In this document: positions 1 through 13,093 of the stretch, one piece after another
Layout of the letters: every line of letters begins with the position of its first letter
How positions within the stretch are numbered: the first letter of the stretch is position 1
From: Mustelus asterias
Lineage: Eukaryota
Length of the DNA: 64,000 nucleotides
Reading direction: 5' to 3'
NCBI RefSeq assembly: GCF_964213995.1
Contig: NW_027590162.1
Span: 868,001-932,000, forward strand
Program-made: the position numbers and the translations under genes
Notes under the pieces: model-generated
Seen by the model: only the letters and a program-made list of their open reading frames with translations
Database searches by the model: none
What the model was told of the DNA's origin: nothing

Positions 1-77
1 ACACTCTCTCAATCTATTAATGTGTGCGAGAGTGGAAATAACTCTCTCACAATCATTTATTGTGTATGAGTGTGGGA

Positions 78-1907
78 AGAAGAACATAAGAACTAGGAGT
101 AGGAGTAGGCCATCTGTCCCCTCGAGGCTGCTCCGCCAGTCAATAAGATCTTGGCTGATCTTTTTGTGGACTCAGCTCCACTTACCCACCCGCTCACCAT
201 AACCCTTAATTCCTTTACTGTTCAAAAATTGATCTATCCTTGCCTTAAAAACATTCAATGAGGTAGCCTCAACTGCTTCACTAGGCAGAGAATTCCACAG
301 ATTCACAACCCTTTGTGTGAAGAAGTTCCTCCTCACTTCAGTCCTAAATCTGCTTCCCCTTATTTTGAGGCTATGCCCCCTAGTTCTAGTTTCACCCGCC
401 AGTGGAAACAACTTACCTGCTTCTATCTTGTCTATTCCCTTCATAAACTTATATGTTTCTATAAGATCTCCCCTCATTCTTCTCAATTCCAATGAGTATA
501 GCCCCAGTCTACTCAGTCTCTCCTCATAAGCCAACCCTCTCAACTCTGGAATCAACCTATTGAATTTTCTCTGCATCCCCTCCAATGCCAGTATATCCTT
601 TCTCAAGTAAGGAGACCAAAACTGTACACAGTACTCCAGGTGTGGCCTCACCAGCACCTTATACAGCTGCAACATAACCGCGCTGTTTTTAAACTCCATC
701 CCTCTAGCAATGAAGGACAAAATTCCATTTGCCTTCTTAATTAACTGCTGCACCTGCAAACTAACTCCTTGAGATTCCTGCACAAGGATACCCAGGTCCC
801 CCTGCACAGCAGCATGTTGGAATTTTTAATCATTTAAATCAGAGTCCATTTTGCTGTTATTCCTACCAAAATGGATGACCTCACATTTACCAACATTGTA
901 CTCCATCTGCCAGACCCCCGCCCACTCACTTAGACTATCTATATCCCTTTGCAGACTTTCAGCGTCCTCTGCACACTTTGCTCTTCCACCCATCTGAGTG
1001 TCATCTGCAAATTTTGACACACTACATTTGGTCTCCAACTCCAAATCATCTATGTAATTCATAAACAATTGCGGTCCCTACACTGATCCCTGAGGCACAC
1101 AACTAGTCAATGATCGCCAACCAGAAAAATACCCACTTACCCCCACTCTTTGCTTTCTGTTAGTTAACCAGTCCTCTATCCATGCTAATACATTACCCAT
1201 AACACTGTGCAACTTTATCTGATGTAGCAGTCTTTGGTGCGGCTCCTTGTCAAATGCCTTCTGGAAATCCAGATACACCACATCTACAGGTTCCCCATTG
1301 TCCACTGCACATGTAATGTTCTCAAAGAATTCCAAAAATTAGTCAAACATGACCTGTCCTTTATGAACCCATGCTGCGTCTTACCAATGGGACAATTTAT
1401 ATCCAGATGTCTCGCTATTTCTTCCTTGATGATAGATTTAAGCATTTTCCCTACTACAGAAGTTAAGCTAACCAGCCTATAGTTACCTGCCTTTTGTCTA
1501 CCTCCTTTTTTAAACAGTGGCGTCACATTTGCTGTTTTCCAATCCGCAAGAACCACCCCAGAGTCCAGCGAATTTTGATAAATTACCACTAGTGCATTTG
1601 CTATTCCTCCCGTCATCTCTTTTAGTACCCTGGGATGCATTCCATCAGGACCAGGAGACTTGCCTACATTTAGCCCCCAAAACTTGCCCAACACTACCTC
1701 TTTCGTGATGATAGTTTCTAGGTTCTCACCTGCCATAGCCTTCCTGTCATTAATTTTTGGCATGTTATTTGTGTCTTCCACTGTGAAGACCGACACAAAA
1801 TACCTGTTCAATGCCTCAGCCATTTTCTCATTTCCAGTTATTACATCCCCCTTCTCGTCCTCTAAAGAACCAATGTTTACTTTTGCCACTCTTTTTCATT
1901 TTGTATA
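78..1907 (-). mobile_element. CR1-clade LINE, 5'-truncated, frameshifted ORF2 (RT)
   Basis: ORF pieces 1284-1889 (KSPGPDGMHPRVLKE, NYRLVSLTS), 1078-1335 (YLDFQKAFD), 826-1068 (SKFADD) and 172-807, with a TTCTTATG-type tail. Confidence 0.95.
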
Positions 1908-1924
1908 TTATAACGGATTTTAAC

Positions 1925-2535
1925 GGTCTCTCACTCTGTTACTGTGTGTCGGTGTGGAATTAACTCTCTCTCAATCTATTATTGTGTGTGTGTGGAATTA
2001 ACTCTCTCTCAATCTATTAGTGTGTCAGTCCAGAATTAATTCCCTCTCCATCTATTACTGTGTGTCAGTGTGGAATTAACTATCTCTCAATTACTGTGTG
2101 TGAATATGGAATTAACTATCTCTCAATCTATTACAGTGTGAGACTGTGGAATTAACGCTCTCTCAATCTATTACAGTGTGTCTTTGTAGAATTAACTCTC
2201 TCTCAATCTATTACTGTATGACAACCTGGAATTAACTCTCAATCTATTCCTGAGTCTGAATGTGGATTATCTCTCTCTCAATCTATTACTGTATGTCAGT
2301 GTGAAATTAACTCTCTGTGTCAATCTATTACTGTGTGTCAGTGTCCAATTAACTGTCTCAATCTATCAAAGTGTGACAGTGCAATGGAATTAACTCCCTC
2401 TCAATCTATTACTGTGTGTGTGTGTGGAATTAACTCTCTAATTCTATTACTGTGTGGGAATGTGGAATTATCTCTCTCTCAATCTATTACTGTGTGTCAG
2501 TGTGGAATTAACTCTCAGTCTATTGCTGTGTATCA
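1925..2535 (+). repeat. ~40-bp satellite array, segment
   Basis: Unit GTGTGGAATTAACTCTCTCTCAATCTATTACTGTGTGTCA; also present at 1-76. Confidence 0.95.
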
Positions 2536-5500
2536 AGAACAAAGAACAATACAGCACAGGAACAGGCCCTTCGGCCCTCCAAGCCCGTGCCACTCCCTGG
2601 TCCAAACTAGACCATTCTTTTGTATCCCTCCATTCCCACTCCATTCATATGGCTGTCTAAATAAGTCTTAAACGTTCCCAGTGTGTCCGCCTCCACCACC
2701 TTGCCTGGCAGCGCATTCCAGGCCCCCACCACCCTCTGTGTAAAATATGTCCTTCTGATATCTGTATTAAACCTCCCCCCCTTCACCTTGAACCTATGAC
2801 CCCTCGTGAACGTCACCACCAACCTGGGGAAAAGCTTCCCACCGTTCACCCTATCTATGCCTTTCATAATTTTATACACCTCTATGAAGTCTCCCCTCAT
2901 CCTCCGTCTTTCCAGGGAGAACAACCCCAGTTTACCCAATCTCTCCTCATAGCTAAGCCCCTCCATACCAGGCAACATCCTGGTAAACCTCCTCTGTACT
3001 CTCTCCAAAGCCTCCACGTCCTTCTGGTAGTGTGGCGACCAGAACTGGATGCAGTATTCCAAATGCGGCCGAACCAACGTTCTATACATCTGCAACATCA
3101 GACCCCAACTTTTATACTCTATAAAGTCCTATAAAGGCAAGCATGCCATATGCCTTCTTCACCACCTTCTCCACCTGTGACGTCACCTTCAAGGATCTGT
3201 GGACTTGCACACCCAGGTCCCTCTGCGTATCTACACCCTTTATGGTTCTGCCATTTATTGTATAGCTCCTCCCTACATTATTTCTACCAAAATGCATCTC
3301 TTCGCATTTATCAGGATTGAACTCCATCTGCCATTTCTTTGCCCAAATTTCCAGCCTATCTATATCCTTCTGTAGCTGCTGACAATGCTCCTCACTATCT
3401 GCAAGAACATAAGAACATAAGAAATAAGAGCAGGAGTAGGCCATCTGGCCCTTCGAGCCTGCCCCGCCATTCAACAAGATCATGGCTGATCTGACCCGAA
3501 TCAGTTCCACTTACCCGCCTGCTCCCCATATCCCCTAATTCCCTTATCGATCAGAAAACTATCTACCCGTGATTTAAACATATTCAACGAGGAAGCCTCC
3601 ACCACTTCAATGGGCAGAGAATTCCAGAGATTCACTACCCTCTGAGAGAAGAAGTTCCCCCTCAACTCTGTTCTGAACCGGCCCCCCCTTATTTTGAGGC
3701 TGTGCCCTCCAGTTCTGGTTTCCCTTCTAAGTGGAAAGAATCTCTCCACCTCTACCCTATCCAGCCCCTTCATTATCTTATATGTCTCTATAAGATCACC
3801 CCTCATCCTTTTAAACTCCAACCAGTACAGACCCAATCTGTTTAATCTCTCCTCATAAGCTCCACCCCTCATCTCCGGTATCAACCTGGTGAAACTTCTC
3901 TGCACTCCCTCCAAGGCCAATATATCCTTTCGCAAATAAGGGGACCAAAACTGCACACAGTACTCCAGTTGCGGCCTCACCAGTGCCTTGTACAGTTGCA
4001 GCAAGACCTCCCTGCTTTTATATTCTATCCCCCTCGTGATAAAGGCCAACATTCCATTCGCCTTCTTGATCACCTGCTGCACCTGCAGACTGAGTTTTTG
4101 CGATTCGTGCACAAGGACCCCCAGGTCCCTCTGCACAGTCGCACAATGTAATTTTTCTCCATTTAAATAATATTCCAATTTACTATTATTTCTTCCAAAG
4201 TGGATAACCTCACATTTGCTAACGCTATATTCCATCTGCCAGATCCTCACCCACTCGCTCAGCCTATCTAAATCTCTCTGCAGACTTTCCGCGTCCTCCA
4301 CGCAATTCGCTTTCCCACTCACCTTCGTGTCATCAGCAAACTTGAATACCCTAGATTCAGTCCCCTCCTCCAGATCATCTATGTAAATGGTAAACAATTG
4401 AGGCCCCAGCACCGATCCCTGCGGCACGCCACTGGTCACCAACTGCCAACCAGAAAAGCACCCATTTATCCCAACTCTCTGCTTCCTGTTAGATAGCCAA
4501 TCCCCAATCCACGCCAACACCTTACCCCTAACTCCGTGTACCCCAATCTTCTGCAGCAACCTTTTGTGAGGCACCTTATCGAACGCCTTCTGGAAATCTA
4601 AAAACACCACATCCACCGGTTCCCCTCTGTCAACCGCACTCGTGACATCTTCATAAAAGTCCAGTAGATTCGTCAAACACAACTTTCCCTTCATGAATCC
4701 ATGCTGCGTCTGCTTGATCGAACCATTCTTATTCAGGTGCTCTGTTATTTCCTCTTTAATAATGGACTCTAGCATCTTCCCAACTACGGACGTTAAGCTA
4801 ACCGGCCTGTAGTTACCCGCCTTTTGTCTACTTCCTTTTTTAAACAGCGGCGTAACAGTAGCTGTTTTCCAGTCAGCCGGCACTACCCCAGAGTCCAGCG
4901 AATTTTGATAAATTACCACTAACGCATCTGCTATTACCTCAGCCATTTCTTTCAGTACCCTGGGATGCATTCCATCCGGGCCCGGGGACTTGTCTACCTT
5001 CAGTCCTATTAGTCTACCAAGCACCACCTCCTTAGTAACAGTAATTGTATTAAGGACCTCCCCTCCCACCAACTCTCGATCTCTAATATTCGGCAAACTA
5101 TTTGTGTCTTCCACCGTGAAGACCGACACAAAGAACTTATTTAAAGTCTCAGCCATTTCCTCGTTTTCCACTATTAAATCCCCCCTCTCATCTTCCAAGG
5201 GTCCAACATTCACTCTAGCCACTCTATTCCTTTTTATATACTTGTAAAAACTTTTACTATCATTTTTTATATTTTGAGCTAGTTTAGTTTCATAATCTAT
5301 CTTTCCTTTCTTAATCGCTTTCTTAGTCGTTCTTTGTTTTTCTTTAAAGCTTTCCCAATCCACTAATTCTCCACTATTTTTGGCCACTCTGTACGCATCT
5401 GATTTTATTTTAATACTCTCCTTTATTCCCTTCGTTATCCACGTCCGGTTATCCTTTTTCTTACAGTCCTTCTTTATCACCGGAATATATGTTTGCTGAG

Positions 5501-5790
5501 TACTTAAAAAGATTTCCTTAAAAATCCTCTACTGTTCCTCAGCTGTCCTACCTACCAGTCCTGCCAATTTTGTGTCGTCCACAAACTTACTGATCACCCC
5601 AGTTACACCTTCTTCCAGATCGTTTATATAAATCACAAACAGCAGAGGTCCCAATACAGAGCCCTGCGGAACACCACTAGTCACAGGTCTCCAGCCTGAA
5701 AAAGACCCTTCCACTTCCACCTCTGTGTTCTGTGACCAAGCCAGTTCTCCACCCATCTTGCCACCTCCCACTTTATCCCATGAGATCCAA
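2536..5790 (-). mobile_element. CR1-clade LINE 3' portion, interrupted by a younger CR1
   Basis: ORF 2607-3098 (C-terminus), RT pieces at 3120-3402 and 5529-5771 ([19 protein letters not shown]) are colinear across the nested insert. Confidence 0.9.
3403..5552 (-). mobile_element. Young CR1-clade LINE, 5'-truncated, with an uninterrupted 659-aa ORF2 segment
   Basis: ORF 3501-5480 is open through the whole RT ([27 protein letters not shown]) to the native stop. The TTCTTATG-repeat tail is at 3403-3430. The endonuclease domain is absent. Confidence 0.96.
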
Positions 5791-5796
5791 TAGATA

Positions 5797-7081
5797 GTGT
5801 GGAATTAACCCTCTCTCAATCTATTACTGTGTGTCAGTGTCCAATTAACTGTCTCAATCTATTACGGTGTGACAGTGCAATGAACTCTTTCACAATCCAC
5901 TACTGTGTGTTAGTGAGGAATTAAAACTCTCTCAATCAATTACTATGTGTGAGTGTGGAATTAACTCCCAATCTATTACTGTGTTTGAGTGTGGAATTGA
6001 CTCTCTCAATCTATTACTGTGTGTCAGTGTGGAATTAACTCATACAGCAATAGATTGAGAGTTAATTCCACACTGATACACAGCAATAGATTGAATCAGT
6101 GTGGAATTAACTCTCTCTCAATCTATTACTGTGTGGCAGTGTGGAATTAACTCCCAATCTATAACTGTGAGAGTGTGTGTAATTCTTGCTCTCAATCTAT
6201 TACTGTGTGTACGTGTGGAATTATCTCTCTCTCAATCTATTGCTGTGCGTCAGTGTGGAATTATCTCTCTCTCAATCTATTGCTGTGTGTCAGTGTGGAA
6301 TTATCTCTCTCTCAATCTATTGCTGTGTGTCCATGTGGAATTATCTCTCTCTCAATCTATTGCTGTGCGTCAGTGTGGAATTATCTCTCTCTCAATCTAT
6401 TGCTGTGTGTCAGTGTGGAATTAACTGTCTCAATCTATTACAGTGTGACAGTGCAACTAAGTCTCTCTCTCAATCTCTTACTGTATGTGAGTATGGAATT
6501 AACACACTCTCAACCTATTACTCTGTGTGTGTGTGTGTGTGTGTGGAATTAACTCTCAATCTATTACAGTGCGAGAGTGTGGAAATAACTCTCTCTCTGA
6601 TCTATTACTGTGTGTTAGTGTGGAATTAACTCTCAATCTATTACTATGCATGAATGTGGAATTAACTCTCCCTCGATCTATTACAGTGTGTCAGTGTGGA
6701 ATTAACTCTGTCTCAATCTATTATTGTGTGTGAGCGTGGAATTAACTCTGCATCTATTACTGTGTGTGAATGTGGAATTAACTCTCTCCCAATCTATTAC
6801 AGTGTGAGAGTGTTGAATTAACTCTCTCTCAATTACTATGTGAGTGTGAAATTAACTGTCTCTCATTCTAGTATTGTGTGTGGAATTAACTCCCTCTCAA
6901 TCACTTAGTGTGAGTGTGTGGAATTAACTCTCTCTCAATTTATTAGTGTGTGTGAGCGTGGAATTAACTCCCAATCTATTACTGTGCATGAATGTGGAAT
7001 TAACTCTCTCTCAATCAATTAGTATGTGTCAGTGTGGAATTAACTCTCGCTCAATCTATTGCTGTGTGTCAGTGTGGAATT
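5797..7081 (+). repeat. ~40-bp satellite array, segment
   Basis: About 30 units, with near-perfect 40-mers at 6214-6420 and a short inverted patch at about 6043-6095. Confidence 0.95.
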
Positions 7082-9150
7082 AAGAACAAAGAAAATTACA
7101 GCACAGGAACATGCCCTTCGGCCCTGCACCGACCTTGCTGCCCAACTGAGCTAAAACCCCCGACCCTTCCAGGGACCATATCCCGCTATTCCCATCCTAT
7201 TCATGTATTTGTCCAGACACCCCTTAAAACTCACTATTGTATCTGCTTCAACCACCTTCCCCGGCAGCGAGTTCCAGGCACCCACCACCCTTTGTGTAAA
7301 AAACTTGCCTCATACATCTCCTTTAAACCTTGCCCCTCGCACCTTAAACCCATGGCCCCCAGTAATTGACTGGGCGGCACGGTAGCACAGTGGTTAGCAC
7401 TGCTGCTTCACAGCTCCAGGGTCCCGGGTTCGATTCCCGGCTCAGGTCACTGTCTGTGTGGAGCTTGCACATTCTCCTCGTGTCTGCGTGGGTTTCCTCC
7501 GGGTGCTCCAGTTTCCTCCCACAGTCCAAAGATGTGCAGGTTAGGTTGATTGGCCAGGTTAAAAATTGCCCCTTAGAGTCCTGGGATGCGTAGGTTAGAG
7601 GGATTAGCGGGTAAATATGTGGGGGTAGGGCCTGGGTGGGATTGTGGTCGGTGCAGACTCGATGGGCCGAATGGCCTCCTTCTGCACTGTAGGGTTTCTA
7701 TGTTTCTATGACTCTTCCACCCTGGGGAAAAAGCTTCTGACTATCCACTCTGTCCATGCCCCTCATAATCTTGTAGCCTTCCATCAGGTCGCCGCTCAAC
7801 CTCTGTCGTTCCAGAGAGAACAAACCAAGTTTCTCCAACCTCTCCTCACAGCTAATATCCTCCAGACCAGCCAACATCCTGGTAAGTCTTTGCTGTACCC
7901 TCTCCAAAGTCTCCACATCCTTCTGGGAGTGTGGCGACCAGAATTGAAAACTATATTCCAAATGCAGCCTAACTAAGATTCTATAAAGCTGCAACATGAC
8001 TTGCCAATTTTTAAACTCAATCCCCCGCCGACGAAGGTAAGCATGCCGTATGCCTTCTTGACTACCTTCTCCACCTGCATTGCCACTTTCAGTGACCTGT
8101 GTACCTGTTCACCCAGATCCCTTTGCCTATCAATACTCCTAAGGGTTCTGCCATTGACTGTATATTTCCTATCTGTATTAGACCATCCAAAATGCATTAA
8201 TTCACATTTGTCTGGATTAAACTAAACTCCATCTGCCATCTCTCCGTCCAAGCCCCCAACCTATCTATATCCTGCTGTATCCTCTGATGGTGCTCATCGC
8301 TATCTGCAAATCCACCAACCTTTGTGTTGTTCGCAAACTAACTAATCAAACCAGTTGCATTTTCCTCCAAATCAGTTATATATATATTACGAACAGCAAA
8401 GGTCCCAGCACTGATCCCTGAGGAACGCCAATTGTCACAGTCCGCCATTCAGAATCGCACCCTTCCACTGCTACCCTCTGTCTTCTAAGACCAAGCCAGT
8501 TCTGTATCCACCTCGCCAGCTCACCTCTGATCCCTTGCGACTTCACCTTCTGCACCATTCTGCCATGAGGGACCTTGTCAAAGGCCTTACTGAAGTCCAT
8601 GTAGACAACATCCACTGCCCTACCCTCATCAATCATCTTTGTCACTCCCTCAAAAAACTCGATCAAGTTAGTGAGACATGAGCAGCCCTTCACAAAACCA
8701 TATTGCCTCTCGCAAATACATCCACTAATTTCCAAGTGGCAGTAAATCCTGTAGCCAGTGAGGATACAAAAATTTCTCTCAAGGTCCCAGCAATTTCCTC
8801 CCTTGTCTCTCCCAGTATTTTGGGGTATATCCCATCAGGCCCTGGGGACTTGTCTACCTTAATATTCCTCAAGAACCCCAACACTTGATCTCAACATGAC
8901 TCAAACTATCGACACACCCTTTCCCAGATTCATCATCCACCAAGTCCTTCTCTATGGTGAATACTGACACAATGAACTCATTGAATACCTCACCCATTTC
9001 CTCTGGCTCCACGCATAGATTTCCTCCTTTGTCCTTGAGTGGGCCAACCCTCTCCCTGGCTATCCTCTTGCTCTTTATGTATGGATAAAAAGCCTTGGTA
9101 TTTTCCTTAATCCTGCTGGGCAATGATTTTTTGTGACCCCGTTTAGCCCT
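7082..9150 (-). mobile_element. CR1-clade LINE fragment with internal deletion and nested SINE
   Basis: ORF pieces 8869-9123, 8690-8884, 8376-8735, 7973-8197 and 7698-7997; the 3' tail is at about 7082. Confidence 0.92.
7372..7708 (+). mobile_element. HE1-type tRNA-derived V-SINE, full length
   Basis: A/B-box head GGGCGGCACGGTAGCACAGTGG...GGTTCGATTCC, conserved V core GTGGGTTTCCTCCGGGTGCTCC, TTTCTATG tail, and TSD TGACT (7367-7371 / 7709-7713). Confidence 0.93.
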
Positions 9151-9152
9151 AT

Positions 9153-10350
9153 ATTAACTCTCTCTCCGATCTATTACTGTGTACCAGTGTGGAATTAACT
9201 CTCCCTCAATCTATTGCAGTGTCAGCGTGGAATTAACTCTCTCTCTCTATCTATTATTGTGTCCGTGTGCAATTAACTCTCTCAATCTATTTTTGTGTCC
9301 AAGTGTGGAATTAACTCTCTCAATTTATTACTGTGTGTGAGCATTGAATTAACTCACTCTCAATCTATTCCTGTGTCAGTGTGGAATTCACTCTCTCGCA
9401 ATCTATTACTGTGTGTACGTGTGGAATTAACTCCCTCTCAATCTGTTGCTGTGTGAGACCATGGAATTAACTCTCAATTTATTACTGTGTGTGAATGTGG
9501 AATTGACTCTCTCTCAATCTATTACGGTGTGAGAATGTAGAATTAACTCTCTCTCAATCTATTTCAGTGTCAGTGTGGAATTAACTCTTTCTGAATCTAT
9601 TACTGTGTGGGAACATAGCATTAGATTGAGAGGGAGTTATTCTATGTTCCCACACAGTAATAGATTCAGAAAGAGTTAATTCCACACTGACACTGAAATA
9701 GATTGAGAGAGAGTTAATTCTACATTCTCACACCGTAATAGATTGAGAGAGAGTCAATTCCACATTCAGACACACTAATCGATTGAGAGAGAGTTAATTC
9801 CACACCCACACATAGCATTAGATTGAGAGGGAGTTATTCTATGTGTGGGTGTGGAATTAACTCTCTCTCAATCGATTAGTGTGTCTGAATGTGGAATTAA
9901 CTCTCTCTCAATCTATTACTGTGCGAGAGTGTGGAATTAACGCTGTCAGCCATTCTCTGTTCATGTGTTTCAGTATGGAATTACATCAGTTCATCTATAT
10001 TAGTGAATGTGAGGATGGAATTAAATCTGTATTTGTTATTCACTATCACTGAATGTGAGTGGGACATTAACTCTCTGTTCATCGCTGTTATAGCATGTGA
10101 GAGTGGAATTAACTGTCAGTCTTGGTTATTGTGTATGAATGTAGCATTAACTCTTGCTCAGTAGAATTGAATGTGTAATTAACTCTGGCTGTGTTACTGT
10201 ATGTTAGTGTGGAATTGATTCTCTATCCTTTAATCACCATCACTGTATTTATGTTTGGAATTACCGTTGTGGCAATCTCTGTTACTGCATCTGAATGTGT
10301 AATTCACTCCCTATCTATCAATAATAATGTGTGAAATTACTTCACTGTCT
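9153..10350 (+). repeat. ~40-bp satellite array with fold-back section, degenerating after about 9925
   Basis: Same unit; inverted units at about 9619-9838; diverged units at 9925-10350. Confidence 0.93.
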
Positions 10351-11570
10351 GTCAGTCTCTGTTACTGCATGGAAGTGGGTCACTGTCAGCTTAGCAAACT
10401 GCTGCTTGCAGAGAGCCACATGGATCAGTGCTGGGTTCTCAGCTATTTACAATCTATATTAATGGCCCAGATGAAGGGACAGACCATCACCAAATTTTCA
10501 GACAATACATAAATAGGGTGGGGAAGTAGGTTGTGAGGAGGACACAAAGAGTCTGTAAGGAGATAGAGCGAGGTTAAGTGAATGGACACAAATTTGTCAG
10601 GTAGGATACAATGTAGGAAAATGTGAGGCTTTCCACTTCAGTGGGAAGGATGGGAAGGCAGAACATTATTTAAATAGAGGGGGAGATACAGCAGATTGAT
10701 CCAGAAAAGGAGGAAATAACTAATTATAAGTACATATGTGGAGTATCAAAGGAGGGAAATGTTGCTACAAATACATGATATTGCTGAGTTTAAAGGTTTT
10801 CTCTGATTTAAAGAGGTAAATACTTGTATTGGAGGCAGTGAAGATTCACTCGGCTGATTGCTGAGATGAAGGAGTTATCTTATGAGGAAAGTTCAATCAA
10901 GTTGAGCCGACCTCATAGAAGTTGAGAAGAATGAGAGATGATCAGATTGAAACATTGAAGGATCTGAGGGAATTGGACAGGGTAGATATCGAGAGGAATG
11001 TTTTCATTTGTGGACAAAATTAAAACTAGAGGACACAGTTAAAAATAAAGTATGCCCCATTTTAGATGGAGATGAGAAGAAATTTCTCCTCTCGAAATGT
11101 CCTTAATTTGTGGAATTTAACAGATTCCATCCTAAGTTAGAAAGAGTTTTGATCTACAGGCGAGACAAGGGTTATGGGGCAGGCAATTAAATGGAGTTGA
11201 GGCCATAATCACATTAACCATGATCTTACCGAATGGTGGGGGAACCCTAAAGAACAAACTGCCTTCTGCTGCTCCTGCTTCTTATGTTCTGATTTGATGT
11301 CAATGTGGGACTATCTCTCTGTTAGGCTCTGTTCCAGTATTTCAGTGTGAAATTAACTCAAGCTTGATACTGCATATGAGTGCAGAACTGATTTGCTGTC
11401 GATTATTTATTCTATATGAGAGTGCAATGTCTCTGCCAGTCTCTGTTCCTGTACAGGAAACTTTGATGAGAAATGTTTGGGCTCGACTGGTCTCAAATGT
11501 ACTCAGGGTTAAACCCATCAGCTTTTCCTCCATCAACACTCCAGTTCAAAGCCAGCCAACAAGAACGTAC

Positions 11571-11683
11571 CTTCACAGAACATCCACCCTCATTCCAAAG
11601 GGGTCTTCATTTGTCTATTTCAGGCCTCAGTTTTCTGAACAGCTGCAATATTTCACCGGTAAAATCATGTGGATACTGAACAT
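11571..11683 (-). other. Candidate spliced non-coding (5'UTR/lncRNA) exon
   Basis: TTTTCACTTTGTTTCAG acceptor and GAAG|GTACGT donor, with stops in all three frames. The paralog at about 63899-64000 keeps GAAG|GTATGT. Confidence 0.45.
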
Positions 11684-11831
11684 CTGAAACAAAGTGAAAA
11701 TTCTGGAATGACTCAACAGGTCAGGCAGGTCAGAGAGAAACAGAGTTCATGTTTCAGCTCTCTGACAATTGGCTTGCATTAAAACACGTACTGATGTCTG
11801 TGAATGGCAGCAGCCATTAATTCCCACACGA

Positions 11832-12180
11832 GGAATTAATGGTGTAGTGGTATTGTCACTGGACCATGATCCAGAGTAATGCAATGGGACCTGAATATCA
11901 CCACAACAGAGTGACATTTGAGCTCAATAAACAACTGGAAATAAAGGTCAAATGATGGCCATGTCGTAAAAACCCACTTGATTCACTGATGTCCCTTTAG
12001 GCAAGCAAATCTGCCCACATGACCTCTTCTGGCCTACATGTGACTCCAACCACACAGCAATGTGTTTGACTCTTAAATGCCCTCTGAAATGGCCTAACAA
12101 GCCACTTAGTTCAAAGGTAATTAGTGCAATGAATGCTGGCCAAGTCAGTGACGCACACATTACATGAATGAATAAAAATA
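11832..12180 (+). mobile_element. Second SINE family copy
   Basis: Same core and tail as 17689 and 33393. A tail-only related piece lies at about 40322-40445 (minus). Confidence 0.78.
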
Positions 12181-12564
12181 ATTATCTGCACCCAGAAAGC
12201 GCTCTATCCAACACACTGACTTGCCCAGGCACTGAGAGTGGGCATGCTCCCCAGGGGCAGCCGCGGGGCAATCGGTGCTGGAACTTTCCTCACTGCCACT
12301 TGTCTCCCATTCCACCAAGCTGCCTGTGTCCTTTTGAAGTTTCCCACTTTCCTCCTCACAGTTGCCAATGCCTCCAAGTTTGGTGGCGTGTGGAAATGTT
12401 GAGCTTGTGTCCTGTACACCAAGGTGTGTGTCATTAATATATATCAGGAAGAGCAGGGCTCCTAACACCGAGCCCTGGGGAACTCCACTGGAAACCTTCC
12501 TCCAGTCTGAGAAACAACCATTAACCACTGCTCTCTGTTTCCTCTCACTCACACTGTTCCATAT

Positions 12565-12800
12565 GGGGCGGTGAGGATGGCCTCGCTGCATCATCCGCTT
12601 CATGGTGCCGCTCCCTCGCCGCACGTCCGCCGAGCCCGGCGGCTCTGATTCGGGCTCTGAGAGCCGCTGAGACTCACGTTGTTGCGCGTGCACAGTTCAG
12701 CTCAGCTTCCGCTCCGGGGCGGAGCCTCCTGACGCCTGCGCAGTGCGGATCATTCTGAATGAGATAGACCGTATTCACGCTCGCGGCGCATTGTGGGTTA
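12565..12800 (-). promoter_or_regulatory. CpG-island Pol II promoter with candidate first exon
   Basis: CpG-dense stretch. The minus strand has ZNF143/Staf-like AACCCACAATGCGCCGCG, NRF1-like TGCGCAGGCG, a GC box, ETS CGGAAG, then donor GTGAGT at 12677-12672. Confidence 0.65.
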
Positions 12801-12835
12801 CACTGCCCACCATTTCATGTAATAATACAGCATAT

Positions 12836-13093
12836 CATAGAAATCATAGAAACCCTACAGTGCAGAAAGAGGCCATTCGGCTCATCGAGTCTGCACCGAC
12901 CACAATCCCACCCAGGCCCTACCCCCACATATTTACCCGCTAATCCCTCTAACCTACGCATTTTAGGACTCTAAGGGGCAATTTTTAACCTGGCCAATCA
13001 GCCTAACCCGCACATCTTTGGATTGTGGGAGGAAACAGGAGCACCCGGAGGAAACCCACGCAGACACGAGGAGAATGTGCAAACTCCACACAG
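12836..13093 (-). mobile_element. HE1-type SINE, 5'-truncated
   Basis: Same core and tail as 7372; flanked by ACAGCATAT at 12827-12835 and 13090-13098. Confidence 0.92.

Noticed and set aside
3501-5480. Domesticated or active reverse transcriptase gene (659 aa open)
   Set aside because: It is a 5'-truncated LINE copy lacking endonuclease and promoter. The open frame is explained by recent insertion.
6101-6733. Cys-rich repetitive ORFs (also 15283-16066 and 48988-50139)
   Set aside because: They are translations of tandem repeats, open in several frames, with no start or splice context.
12160-12693. 177-aa ORF with a good-Kozak MKRMMQRGHPHRP start
   Set aside because: It runs from the CpG island straight into a CR1 RT fragment ([11 protein letters not shown]) and lies downstream of a strong splice donor, so it is probably intronic.
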